From: Candidatus Marinacidobacterales bacterium
GTDB taxonomy: Bacteria; Acidobacteriota; Vicinamibacteria; Marinacidobacterales; SMYC01
Reading direction: 5' to 3'
NCBI GenBank assembly: GCA_965224085.1
Contig: CBDCYI010000004.1
Location: 864,001 to 928,000, forward strand
Length of the DNA stretch: 64,000 bases
Below the pieces are notes generated by a model, which ran no database searches, was not told the DNA's origin, and worked only from the letters and a program-made list of their open reading frames with translations. Positions 1-9,927 of this stretch are shown in pieces (within the stretch, counting starts at the first letter, position 1; every line of letters begins with the position of its first letter). The position numbers and the translations under genes were made by a program.

Positions 1-492
1 GATAAAGGTATCGCGGAGCACCCCGGGCACTGGCGCTTCTACCTCGACAAAGGGTTCATCTACTTCTGGTTCCTGAAAGACTACAAGAAGGCAGCGGAGG
101 TCACCCTGGAGGGGAGCAAGCTCCCCGGAGCGCCATACTGGGTGGTCGCCACCGCGAGTCGCATGCTGACCCGGGGTGGGGAACGCGAGACGGCTCGGCA
201 TCTGTGGCAGATGCTGTTCGAGATTGCGGAGACGAGCCAGCAGCGGGACAATGCCGCCATCCACTTGAAACAACTCGACGCCCTCGACGAGATAGATCTC
301 TTGAGAAAGGCGATCGGGGCGTTTCACCAGCGCGACGGCCGCTATCCGGTTAGCTGGCAAGAGCTCGTCGACGCCGGTTTCTTGAAAAGCGTTCCCGTCG
401 ACCCAACCGGGACCGCCTACGTGTTGAATCCCGAAACGCACGCCGTGAAGCTCAGCAGTGGCTCGACACTCGCGGGCTTGCCGACACGGTGA
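1..492 (+). CDS. TPR-like protein, 3' part (starts before the window)
   Basis: Frame 1 is open from base 1 (DKGIAEHPGHWRFYLDKGFIYFWFLKDYKKAAE...); helical repeat character; tail GRYP..W.ELV..G.L..VP.DP.G resembles pilin-cluster proteins. Confidence 0.6.
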   Translation, partial: DKGIAEHPGHWRFYLDKGFIYFWFLKDYKKAAEVTLEGSKLPGAPYWVVATASRMLTRGGERETARHLWQMLFEIAETSQQRDNAAIHLKQLDALDEIDLLRKAIGAFHQRDGRYPVSWQELVDAGFLKSVPVDPTGTAYVLNPETHAVKLSSGSTLAGLPTR

Positions 493-698
493 TGACGTAC
501 GCCACCGAGTTCCAAACGATCCAAGGCTTTCGAGGGGATAGCTACACAGTCACCCGGCGGGGATTGAAGTAGCTTGTGCTGACGAGTTATGGTCGTTCCT
601 AATAGAAGCACACGAACGATTGCCCCGGATACAGCTCGCGCCCATAGAACTCTGAGCCAACAAGTTTCCGGCCATCATCCCTCCAGGTCGCTATCGTT

Positions 699-3600
699 TT
701 GACGAGGACCCACTCCGATTCCCGCTCGCCCAGCATCGCGGTTCTCGCGCTTTTCTTCATCGGCTCGGGGTTCAGTGCGCTCGCCTATCAGGTCATTCTC
801 AGCCGCTACGCGCAGCTCATCGTTGGCGCCACGGCCTACGCCATCAGCGCCCTGCTCGTCGCCTTCATGCTGGGGATGTCCGCAGGCGCCGCCCTGGGAG
901 GCCGGTGGGCGGATCGGACAGACCACCCGCTGCGGGTCTACGCCATCGCAGAGGGAGCTATCGGTCTGTACTGCATCAGCTTTCCTGTCCTATTTCCCTG
1001 GTTCACCGAGCTGTACTTGTCGGTCGTGCCCACTATCGGAGAAAGTACGTTTCTGGCCAGAAACCTGGTGCGCTTCGCCCTCGGCGTCGGAGCTTTCGTG
1101 CTTCCAACATTCTTTATGGGAATCACTACGCCGGCTTTTGCCAGAGCGGTGGCTTCCCATCGCGAGGACAGTGGCGCCTGGCTGGCGCGGCTCTACGGCT
1201 GGAATACGTTCGGCGCCGCGCTCGGTGCGTTGACGACGGCCTACCTGCTCGTTCCCAAGCTCGGGCTGGTGGGAAGCATGCTGCTAGCCACCGTCATCAA
1301 CTTCTCCATTGCCATTGTCGCCTACCGCCGCTCCGTTCCATTGAAGGCGGACTCTTCGAAAAGCGCCCGCGAACCGACAAGAACGGCCGCGCCCCCCGAG
1401 CCCGTCGATACGGAACACGAGCCGCGACTAGCTGCGACTCCCTTCCGAAAACTCCTCTTGCCTGCAGTCGTCGTCCTGGCAGTACTCGTGGTCGTCGATC
1501 TCACTTTCAGCAGCATCCATCTCTTCGGCTCGGTTCTGGTCTTCGTGCTTCGCCGCTCGGTATCCATCGCGCTGATATTGACGGCGGCGATCGCCACCGG
1601 GCTTTGGCTGCGCAGACGCGGCGACAAAGCCTGGGCTGAAACGTTGGCAGTGTTCCTACTGGCCGCGTTCGCGAGCGGCTACTTGTCCTTCGCCCTCGAG
1701 ATCATCTGGACACATCTGCTGGCCATCCTTCTTGGAAACTCGGTATATGCCTTCGGGCTCATGCTGGGCTCCTTGCTGCTCGGGCTCGCGATTGGGAGCG
1801 TCATCGCTCGCCGCCTCACCAAGCCGCCAGAGCTGGCGCGCAACTGGGTCGGTGCCTCGATGGCGCTGGCCGGACTCTTCGTCCTGCTCACTCTCGGTCT
1901 GTGGGACGAGATTCCCGCAGTCTTTCTGCTCTTTGCGCAGTCTTCGCCGAGCTTCGCCTTGATGGAGGCGGTGCGATTCGCCGTGGCGATCTTACTCATG
2001 CTGCTCCCGACCGCGGCGTTCGGTATCACTTTTCCCCTCACGCTCCACTGTGCCACCGAGCGAGGGGTCGGCTTCGGCGAGCACGTCGGCAAGGTGTATG
2101 CCGTCAATACACGTCGCCAAAGTACTGCGACGCCGCTTCGATAATAGGTTCGCTCAGCTCGGCACATACCACTTCCTCGAAACCGTGCGCCGCCAGCGCG
2201 GCGAGCGTCACACCCGTCCCCAGCCAGATGACGAGGGCGCGTTCGCGCTCAGCTGTAAACAGTGTCGGAATATTGGCGGCGCGATGCTGCACCGGAATCT
2301 CTTCGCTGTTGTCGCCCTGGAACTTGCCGTTGGTGAGAAGTGTTCTAACCTCACGCTCCTCGACCACGCTGGTGAGACCACCGGTCGCATCTTCGCGACG
2401 ATAGACGATCGTTCCGCGTTCGCTGGTCGAATCACCGAGATAGATCGCGGCCGCCATGTTGAGTGCGTTGAAGTCCCACGCGACAGGAAGCAGTTGAACC
2501 CAAAGGACGGCTGAGACGGCAATCCCAGCGATGAGCCGCTTCCCGGGAAAGGTGGCGAGGGCGAGGATCAGAAGACCGCCGACAAGAAGCAGCAATGAGC
2601 GCAGAACTTTTAGCGATTCCAGACCATGGGCGCGGTCCTGGGCGCTCTTTCCGGACCTTACTTGTTCCTCCCCACGCTGGGAAGTTCAACGGTGACATCC
2701 TGAGCGCGCCCAACGTCCGCATGATCCAAGAAGACGGGCGCAGCGTTCTGCTGGAGAGCCCGGATCGCTACGACGTCATCACCGTGGAGGTCTCGAGCAT
2801 CTGGTTCGCGGGCGTGGGTGCGATATACAGCACCGAGTTCTACGAGCTGGCTTCGAGCCGGCTCAGGCGCGAAGGCGTGCTGCTTCAGTGGTTTCCCATC
2901 CATCACCTTTCCGCGCGCAACCTGTTCATCGTGGTGAATACCGTGCGCTCGGTTTTTCCCTATGTAAGCCTGTGGACACATCGACATCAAGCTTTCGTAG
3001 TCGCCTCCAATGAACCCCTTCGGCTCGATTTGCAGTCGGTGCGCGACGATCAGCAGCGGAAGGGTATGGAACCGTATTTGCGCGAGCTTCCCTCGGGCTC
3101 GCCCCTCGAGCTCTTGAGCGATCTGGTCGTTACCGACACCGACATCGACCGGTTCCTGGATTCGATGAGCGTCTTGCTGCGAACCAAACGAAACGTCGTC
3201 TCGACAGACACCTGGCCGACGCTCGAGTACGAGACACCCAAAGATGTGCTCGAGAACTTTTCCTACTTCCAGAATCGAGCCACTTTTCAGAGGTTTCGAA
3301 GCACGGCGCCTTTTGCATTCCGGGGAAAGCCGAAGGCCATAGAACGAGCGCTGCAGCGCGCGGCCTTTGCCCGCGGCTGGAACGACCCGCGCGCGCTCGC
3401 CCGACTCGCCGAGATATGGGCCCAGGAGCCCGAGCTCTCGGACGCGGCGAGCGAGTGGTTGTTCGACGAGCTCACCGGCGAGAACGCTTTCGGGGCCGAC
3501 TTCGGATCGGACCCGCTATCCGAGCTTCGAGATCAGCTCGATGCGCTCCGGGGATTGGTGGCCAGTGCCGGCACGGTCACGTCGTGCGAGCCGATGCCTT

Positions 3601-4073
3601 CTTTCGTCTCCCGCGTGAGCTACACACCACTTCACGTGACGGGAACATCCGGCGAGAGCCTGGATTCCACTTTGCCGGAGGACGCTCTCGACGGCATCTT
3701 CGACCCCGAGCTCGGCAAAGGCTGGAGAGTGCGGCCCGACGGGCGCCCGGTGCAGCTCGACGTGGGCTTCGAAGCTCCGACCTCGGTCAGAAGCGTGCGG
3801 ATGATCGTGCGTCCCGTGGACGGTTCCGTTGCCCGCTCGAGACTTCTTGGACGTGACGAGAACGGCGCCTGGCATCCGCTGGCGAGCGCGAGCCAGGAGG
3901 ACGATATCGCCTGCCAGTCAGCGCGGGTTTACGAGCTGAGTGACGATGCGCCCAGGCTCGTCGGACTCAGGGTCGTGGTTCAAGGCGAAGGCAATTCGTT
4001 TCGCATCGCTCTGCACGAGCTCTGGGTTTCCGAGCAAGAGGCGCCATCTGGAGGAGGGGCCGCCGGCCCATGA
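699..4073 (+). pseudogene. Fused membrane (MFS-like)/spermidine synthase-family gene with C-terminal discoidin-like domain, internally rearranged
   Basis: 699-2110 membrane part (SGFSALAYQV, LYGWNTFGA, VYAVNT); 2109-2624 middle part on the minus strand (NGKFQG, VIWLGTG, AELSEPI); 2623-2685 linker MGAVLGALSGPYLFLPTLGS on +; 2686-4073 C-terminal part (EDGR, YDVITVEVSSIW, STEFY). Confidence 0.85.
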
Positions 4074-6358
4074 GACTGCTCACATCCGTCCTCTCGGCAA
4101 CACTGGTTTCAGGCTCGCTTTGGCTCTGGGACCTCTTGCGGCTGTCGTCTTACAACTTCGCCGGTGTTACCGATCAGGCCGCGGCCGATCGTGTGCTCTC
4201 CGTGACCGGAAGTGCCATTACGGCGATGGAGCTCGAGCTGCTAGTGGTGCACCTCCTGCTCGGCGGCGTCTTCGGTTTGCTCTGCGGGCTTACCTGGCAG
4301 ACGTTGGGGACGCGCTTGAGCCGCGCGCGACGCGCTGTGCTCACGGCCGCGTTGACGTATGGACAGTCCTGGTGCTCGGCAGAGACGTCGTTTCGGCTGG
4401 GCGCCCGCGTTCGTTTCGACGCAGCCTCCATCGAGCGCGATCGTCGCGGCTCACTCGAGATGTGGCTGGACACAGCGGACGAAAGCTCCGTGCTGTCCAG
4501 CGAACGTCTTGCCTTCCCCGGGAGTTTGAGCGCCTCACGGCAAACCGACATCGAAATCGGAGGCAGCGGCGGCCGACTCTGCTTCCGCGCCGCCGGTGGC
4601 GCGGCTGCCATCGGCGAAGCGCGGGTGCTCGCGCCGGCCAGCGAAGACGAAACACGGCCGCGTTGGCTTATTTTGACCATCGTGGATGCATTGCGCGCCG
4701 ATGTGCTCCGCACGGAAGAGAAACAGCGCCAGCGCGTCATGCCTGCGCTTTCTGCATTGACTGCGAAAGGCCAGCACTATCAGAATGCGATAGCACCCGG
4801 CTGTCATACGCGCGCGTCGGTTCGGCCCATTTTGATGGGACGCGATCTCATGCGCATCGATCCTTTGCAACGACGCGAGTCGATGCCCATCCAGTCGCCG
4901 CTCGAAGACATCTACTCCCGTGCCAACCTGTTCGTGAGCCACCTCGCCGAAAACGCCGGCTACCACTCCGTGTTTCTCGGCAACAACGCGTATCTCAGAG
5001 CCGTCCCCGCCTTCAGCCGTTACTCGAGCTGGGGCAATACCGACACGGGAACGATGGACACCATCGCGGCGCTGCCGGCTCTCTTCGATCGCTATCGCGA
5101 CGAACCGGTGCTCCTGCTCTATTACGTTTCCACACCGCATGCGCAGTCCAAGACGCCTCGACGTTGGTTCGACGCATTTGGGTGCGGCAAGCTCGCCGGT
5201 ATCGAGCAGTGTCGCTGCAACTACCTCGCCCGCGCGCGCCACGCCGACGAGGCGCTCGAGTTTTTACGTCAGGGTCTCGAAGCGAGCGGTCTCGAGGGAG
5301 AGACCTTCGAGATCATCACCGCGGACCATGGAGAGCTGTTCGACGATGGCATGCTGCTCGAGGGCGAAGTGCCTGCCTTCACCACGGGTGTGCGGCGGGG
5401 CGCTTTCAAGAGCTTCGGCCGCTTGCACGGAAACGGATGCCACTTTCGCGAGACCGACGTTCCACTGATAGTTTATGGCCGAGACGTCGAGCCCGCTCGC
5501 GTCGGACGCCGTGTCTCCGGACTGGACATCGTTCCCACGCTTCTCCGAGTCATGGATCAGACAGTTGTCTCGCGGCTCGATGGCAGGGCCCTGCCGTTGC
5601 GCAGTGTCCGTCCGGTCCGGTCTGCCCAGCGCGATTTCGTGACCCATGGGTTCTGCTCGGACTCCATCCACCGCGGCGAGGCGCAGGTCATCTGGTGGAT
5701 TCAGGGATGTCAACTACGGGAACCGGGGAGCGAGACGCTCATCGACTATCGCAGCGAGTTGTGGATCGGAGATCGGCAAGTGGCGACGGAAACGACGCAA
5801 CCGACACGGCTGCGGCGGGCCATGGCCGAGCACGAGATATGGTTGCGTGAACGTCTTCCATCCGAAGCGGTCGTCTTTCACACCGCGAATCTGCCAGCCG
5901 GTGCGACGGTCACGCTCACCATTGATGATGGCACCGGCATCATCAGTGACTTCGGACCGGCGGGAACCGTATTCGGGCTCGATCGCGTCGCCCTCATCGA
6001 GGTGACGGATCGCGCCATCGCGGTGCGGTTCGACGGCTACGACGGTCTCTACTACGTCAGCACGCTCCCTGCGCGTGTTCCGGTTCGAGTCTTCATCGAA
6101 AACGACGGCAAACCCGTGGACACCGTGAGCTTCATCGGCCCCATGCGACTGCCACTCGACACCGCGGGACGGGCTATCGCACCGGATGAGCGCCCGAGCT
6201 TTTTTGTCTCTGATAAAACACCGACCCTCCGCAAAACGGATGCGCCCACCCTGGGACTCTGGTGGCACCCCTACGGTGTGGCCACTTCCGCGGCCGATGC
6301 CAAAAAAGCTCTCTCGGACTTTGATCGCGTGCTCCGTGAGTGGGGCTACATCCGCTGA
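4070..6358 (+). CDS. Sulfatase-like hydrolase/transferase with N-terminal membrane segments
   Basis: Alkaline-phosphatase-superfamily motifs IVDALRAD, TPH, ITADHGE, VSGLDIVPT; start overlaps upstream stop (ATGA). Confidence 0.75.
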   Translation: MRLLTSVLSATLVSGSLWLWDLLRLSSYNFAGVTDQAAADRVLSVTGSAITAMELELLVVHLLLGGVFGLLCGLTWQTLGTRLSRARRAVLTAALTYGQSWCSAETSFRLGARVRFDAASIERDRRGSLEMWLDTADESSVLSSERLAFPGSLSASRQTDIEIGGSGGRLCFRAAGGAAAIGEARVLAPASEDETRPRWLILTIVDALRADVLRTEEKQRQRVMPALSALTAKGQHYQNAIAPGCHTRASVRPILMGRDLMRIDPLQRRESMPIQSPLEDIYSRANLFVSHLAENAGYHSVFLGNNAYLRAVPAFSRYSSWGNTDTGTMDTIAALPALFDRYRDEPVLLLYYVSTPHAQSKTPRRWFDAFGCGKLAGIEQCRCNYLARARHADEALEFLRQGLEASGLEGETFEIITADHGELFDDGMLLEGEVPAFTTGVRRGAFKSFGRLHGNGCHFRETDVPLIVYGRDVEPARVGRRVSGLDIVPTLLRVMDQTVVSRLDGRALPLRSVRPVRSAQRDFVTHGFCSDSIHRGEAQVIWWIQGCQLREPGSETLIDYRSELWIGDRQVATETTQPTRLRRAMAEHEIWLRERLPSEAVVFHTANLPAGATVTLTIDDGTGIISDFGPAGTVFGLDRVALIEVTDRAIAVRFDGYDGLYYVSTLPARVPVRVFIENDGKPVDTVSFIGPMRLPLDTAGRAIAPDERPSFFVSDKTPTLRKTDAPTLGLWWHPYGVATSAADAKKALSDFDRVLREWGYIR

Positions 6359-6427
6359 GTGGGAAAACTGGGAGGGCTGGATTGAAGCGGATTCTTGGAC
6401 CGCGGGGCGTTTGAATTTGAATCAAAC

Positions 6428-7150
6428 CTACTTGGAGCGACTCAGACAAGCTCGGGACAGGGACTCACGCAACTTGTCTTCGTGAACGACGAGGCGCCGA
6501 CCCACGGACGTGACCCATCCGCGACGCTTGAAGTCGGTAATCGTGAGGCTCACGATCTCTCGGCTGGCTCCGATGAGATTCCCCAAGTCCTGCTGGCTCA
6601 GGTTCAGGCTAATCACGGTACCGCTACCTCGGGTTTCCCCGTAGCGCCTGGCGAGCTCGAGTAGCTGTTTTGCGAGTCGTGTGGGGACTCGGTGAAACAC
6701 TTGTGATTCGAGACGCTCTTCGAGCCGCGAGCAACGCTCAGCGAGAAGCCCCGCGACGCGCAAAGCGAGCGAGGGTCGGCCCGACAGAAGTCTTTCAAAA
6801 GTGAGTCGCGGAATCGAAATGAGCTCCGTGATCTCGAGCGCCTCGGCGTAGCTCTGCGACAGCGCGGGATGGAGGTCCCCGGAAAGAAACGACATTTCCC
6901 CGAACAGTTCACCCACTTCAACGAGGTCGAGCAAGATGACACGGCCCTCGTCCGAGAAGCGCAAGACTTTGACACGTCCGTGGGCAAGCACGTGTACCGC
7001 GGCCCCGCGACCATCCTGAAGCGAGATGAGGTCTCCTTTAGAAACGCTGCGCCGCGTCGGCACACAGCCCCGACGAGCGACGGCGGACAAGATCTCGTTC
7101 GCAAGAACGGGCATAGATGTCACGCGCTGGGGGAGTGCACCCGTGGCCAT
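6428..7150 (-). CDS. Crp/Fnr family transcriptional regulator (start uncertain)
   Basis: cNMP-binding GELFGE; C-terminal HTH LSQQDLGNLIGASREIVS. Confidence 0.85.
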   Translation of the reverse strand: MATGALPQRVTSMPVLANEILSAVARRGCVPTRRSVSKGDLISLQDGRGAAVHVLAHGRVKVLRFSDEGRVILLDLVEVGELFGEMSFLSGDLHPALSQSYAEALEITELISIPRLTFERLLSGRPSLALRVAGLLAERCSRLEERLESQVFHRVPTRLAKQLLELARRYGETRGSGTVISLNLSQQDLGNLIGASREIVSLTITDFKRRGWVTSVGRRLVVHEDKLRESLSRACLSRSK

Positions 7151-7254
7151 GAAACGCATCCGTGCAAGTGAAATGCCATCCTCAAAGTGACTCGTAAAAC
7201 CTTGAGGAACCACGGCTTGAGCGAGGGGCACGGAATCGGAGAGTCGCGGTCGAT

Positions 7255-7821
7255 TTACGAGTTTCGCCGCAACGGCCGAAGATCGTAAATCGCGTAGAGC
7301 AAAAGCCATGGGTCTAGAACGTAATCCCAGAGGTTAGAGGATTCGAGAAGATCGAGCCGATAGGCAAGAACCGCGAGCACGATCGCACCGAGACAGACGT
7401 GGTAGCGTCGCCACCAGGCAAGACCTGCATAAAGCGCCAGCGTCGCGAGCAATCCGGTCGGCGCGAATCCGAGCGTGTAGGGGTCGAAAGGACCCAACCC
7501 GAGCGCCATTGGGTACAGGAAAAGGCCACCCGCCGCGACGAGCCGGAAAACGAATCGCCACTCGGCCACCGAGCCCAGCGAGAAAGCCCCGAGCTCTGAA
7601 GCGATCGCGCAGGCCAAAAGCGTCATGGAGGTAAAGCTAAGATCGGACGACACCGCTCTAACGTAGCCGGCGAGCGGCAGTCCCGAAACGGGCAGCCACG
7701 AAAGCCCGAGCGCGAGGGCGACCACGAACCAGGGCCTTTGCCGAGGACCGATCACGAGCGCGCACCAAACGAACAGGAGCCCGATGCCAAAAAGCCCGGT
7801 TAGCGATTGTGAAGAAGCCAC
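7255..7821 (-). CDS. Hypothetical integral membrane protein
   Basis: Several TM segments, YP..LGLGPFDPY..G and SSNLWDYVLDP; directly downstream of the sialidase-like gene. Confidence 0.65.
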   Translation of the reverse strand: MASSQSLTGLFGIGLLFVWCALVIGPRQRPWFVVALALGLSWLPVSGLPLAGYVRAVSSDLSFTSMTLLACAIASELGAFSLGSVAEWRFVFRLVAAGGLFLYPMALGLGPFDPYTLGFAPTGLLATLALYAGLAWWRRYHVCLGAIVLAVLAYRLDLLESSNLWDYVLDPWLLLYAIYDLRPLRRNS

Positions 7822-8963
7822 TCGCGGTTGAACCTCACATGAACGATACGCTCTCGGTTCCACGTATATAGAAGATGAAACTCACCATTCGCTCCTTGCT
7901 CGAGCCAGGGATAGGCAAATCTCGCCTTCTCTGCAACGACAGGCGCGGGTGGGTCGAGCACGAGGATACTCTGCCAGCTATGTCCACGATCGTTCGACAG
8001 CGCCAAGGTCAAATCGCTCCGGTCGTGCTCGCTGTCGTTGAACGCCAGCAGAAGCTCGCCATCCTGGCTCCGAAGTGCCGCGATCGCGGCGTCCGGATTA
8101 TTCACGGAAGTCGGTCGCGGGGCCGTCCAGTGCCGTCCAGCGTCGCTGGTCTCGGTCGCCAGAATCCTAGGAGCGCTTCGGCCGCTTCTTCGCATCAACG
8201 CGAGGGCTCGTTCCGCATCGAAAGGCACCACCACTGGCTGCAGAGACGAGTGCCCCCAAGAGAGTCGCGTTTTTCCGATGACGCGGGCATCTTCGTCGAG
8301 ACGCGCGAGCTCGCCGAACTTTCCGAGGAGCTCGTGATAGACGGGCAGCCCGAGCCGCCCATCCGCATATTGGATCGCCGGCCCTTTCACGAGCGTGCTC
8401 AAATTGAGAAATGGCGACGCCACGAGCCGGCTTGCGCGCGACCACGTTCTCCCATCGTCGGCAGACGATCGCGCGTTGATCGCACTCCCCGACCAGCCGC
8501 CGACGGAAACGCTCACGTAGAAAAGCCACAATTGCCCTTTACGGTCCCGTGTCACCACGGGATTTCCGAGCTTCTTGATATAGCGGCCTAAATCTTTCTG
8601 GGTTTCTTCACGAGTCGTCACCTCTTGCTCCGAGCCCCAGCTATCCGTCTCCGCGTCGAACACGGAGGAGTAGATCGCGACATCCGCAGCACCTTCGCGA
8701 CTTCCCCCATACCAGAAAGCGCGGAGGTCCCCTCCGGCAATCTCGATGGCGCTAGCGCTGTGCACCGAGGGCGTGCCTCCCGAGGAAGCGAAGCCGACTT
8801 CGAATAGCGGCCGGGCCACGGGAGGCGCAATCGTGCCGCGCTCGACGACATCGAACGACGAAGCGGCGGGCTCGGTGGCAGCTCGATGAAAGGCGGCAGC
8901 AAAGACAGTGATGGCGACCGCAAGCCACACCGCGCGGACGCCCCGAGCCTCCAATCCCTGCAT
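7800..8963 (-). CDS. Sialidase-family (BNR/Asp-box beta-propeller) protein
   Basis: Asp boxes SADDGRTWS, SDAGRHWT, SNDRGHSW; FAYP motif; N-terminal anchor. Confidence 0.8.
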   Translation of the reverse strand: MQGLEARGVRAVWLAVAITVFAAAFHRAATEPAASSFDVVERGTIAPPVARPLFEVGFASSGGTPSVHSASAIEIAGGDLRAFWYGGSREGAADVAIYSSVFDAETDSWGSEQEVTTREETQKDLGRYIKKLGNPVVTRDRKGQLWLFYVSVSVGGWSGSAINARSSADDGRTWSRASRLVASPFLNLSTLVKGPAIQYADGRLGLPVYHELLGKFGELARLDEDARVIGKTRLSWGHSSLQPVVVPFDAERALALMRRSGRSAPRILATETSDAGRHWTAPRPTSVNNPDAAIAALRSQDGELLLAFNDSEHDRSDLTLALSNDRGHSWQSILVLDPPAPVVAEKARFAYPWLEQGANGEFHLLYTWNRERIVHVRFNREWLLHNR

Positions 8964-9081
8964 GGAGGACGAGTATACCGAAAGCCTTCCCGATAGTAGT
9001 CAAGTCCGGCAAAGCCTGCTACTATGGAGATGGCCAATCCGGCTCGCAAACCTTCCAACAATCGAATAGGGGTACAAAGCT

Positions 9082-9186
9082 ATGAGCGACGACGATGGTG
9101 CGGGTGGCTGGGTCGTTTGGATCGGCGTGCTGATCCTGATCAATTTCCTTAGCTGGATGTTCGACTGGTCCTTCTGGATCTATTGA
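9082..9186 (+). CDS. Small 34-aa Trp-rich membrane protein (below ORF-track cutoff)
   Basis: MSDDDGAGGWVVWIGVLILINFLSWMFDWSFWIY*, AGGGGT upstream, stop overlaps next start. Confidence 0.55.
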   Translation: MSDDDGAGGWVVWIGVLILINFLSWMFDWSFWIY

Positions 9187-9842
9187 GCCGGTTAGCCCGA
9201 TTTACAATCAATCAACTGTCTGGCGCGTTAGAGCCGAGCAATAAACCGGCGCTCGAGAGGGCGTTCGACTATTTGCTCGCTTTATCTCTCGGGTCCTGGG
9301 CGATCCTAGGCTGGGCCGCGACCGAAGGGCCTGTCACGCTACCCCGCATCGCGGTGTCGACGCTCCATCTGAGCGTAGCGCTCGCCATTACGCGACGCGC
9401 CCCTGTCGTGCGCATCGGTTCACCACGCGCGGTAATGGCGGCTCTCCCCGCCCTGGTGGTCGCAGGCCTCGCTTTCCGGCTAGCGGCGCCTCTCGCTGAA
9501 TGGCCCGTCTCGATCCAAGGTCTCTTTTTCTTGGGGGCCTGTATCGCCGTCACAACGTTTCTCGCGCTCGGTGACAACTTTGCAGTGCTTCCAGCACTCC
9601 GCGGCGTCGTCACCCGTGGGCCTTATGCCTACGTCCGCCACCCCGCTTACGCAGGAGAGCTCGTGATGATGCTCGCGTGCCTCTTATCCAGCCCCTCGCC
9701 CATGGCGCTCGCCGTGTTGCTGACGGCCCTACCACTCATCGGGCTGCGCATCCTCACCGAGGAGCGGCTCCTGAGCGAGGTCGAGACTTATCGCGACTAT
9801 GCGGAGCAGGTTCCCTACCGCCTCGTGCCCGGGATGTGGTGA
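9183..9842 (+). CDS. Isoprenylcysteine carboxyl methyltransferase / PEMT family membrane protein
   Basis: VVTRGPYAYVRHPAYAG, EERLL, Y..YAEQVPYRLVPGMW. Confidence 0.85.
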   Translation: MSRLARFTINQLSGALEPSNKPALERAFDYLLALSLGSWAILGWAATEGPVTLPRIAVSTLHLSVALAITRRAPVVRIGSPRAVMAALPALVVAGLAFRLAAPLAEWPVSIQGLFFLGACIAVTTFLALGDNFAVLPALRGVVTRGPYAYVRHPAYAGELVMMLACLLSSPSPMALAVLLTALPLIGLRILTEERLLSEVETYRDYAEQVPYRLVPGMW

Positions 9843-9927
9843 GCTCGAAAGGGTGTAAATTGCCGGCCGCTGCGGTACCATGGATTCATACTCCCGCAAC
9901 TTGTCGAGAGCTCGAAAATCCACGCCA

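Noticed and set aside
2104-2595. Independent minus-strand gene or classical shufflon
   Set aside because: It is the inverted middle of the flanking gene; no conserved recombination arms or nearby recombinase
3940-5850. 636-aa ORF and similar long Arg-rich ORFs (18480-19640, 43103-44059, 49892-51400, 62634-63653)
   Set aside because: Alternative-frame or antisense shadows of well-supported genes in high-GC DNA; no motifs
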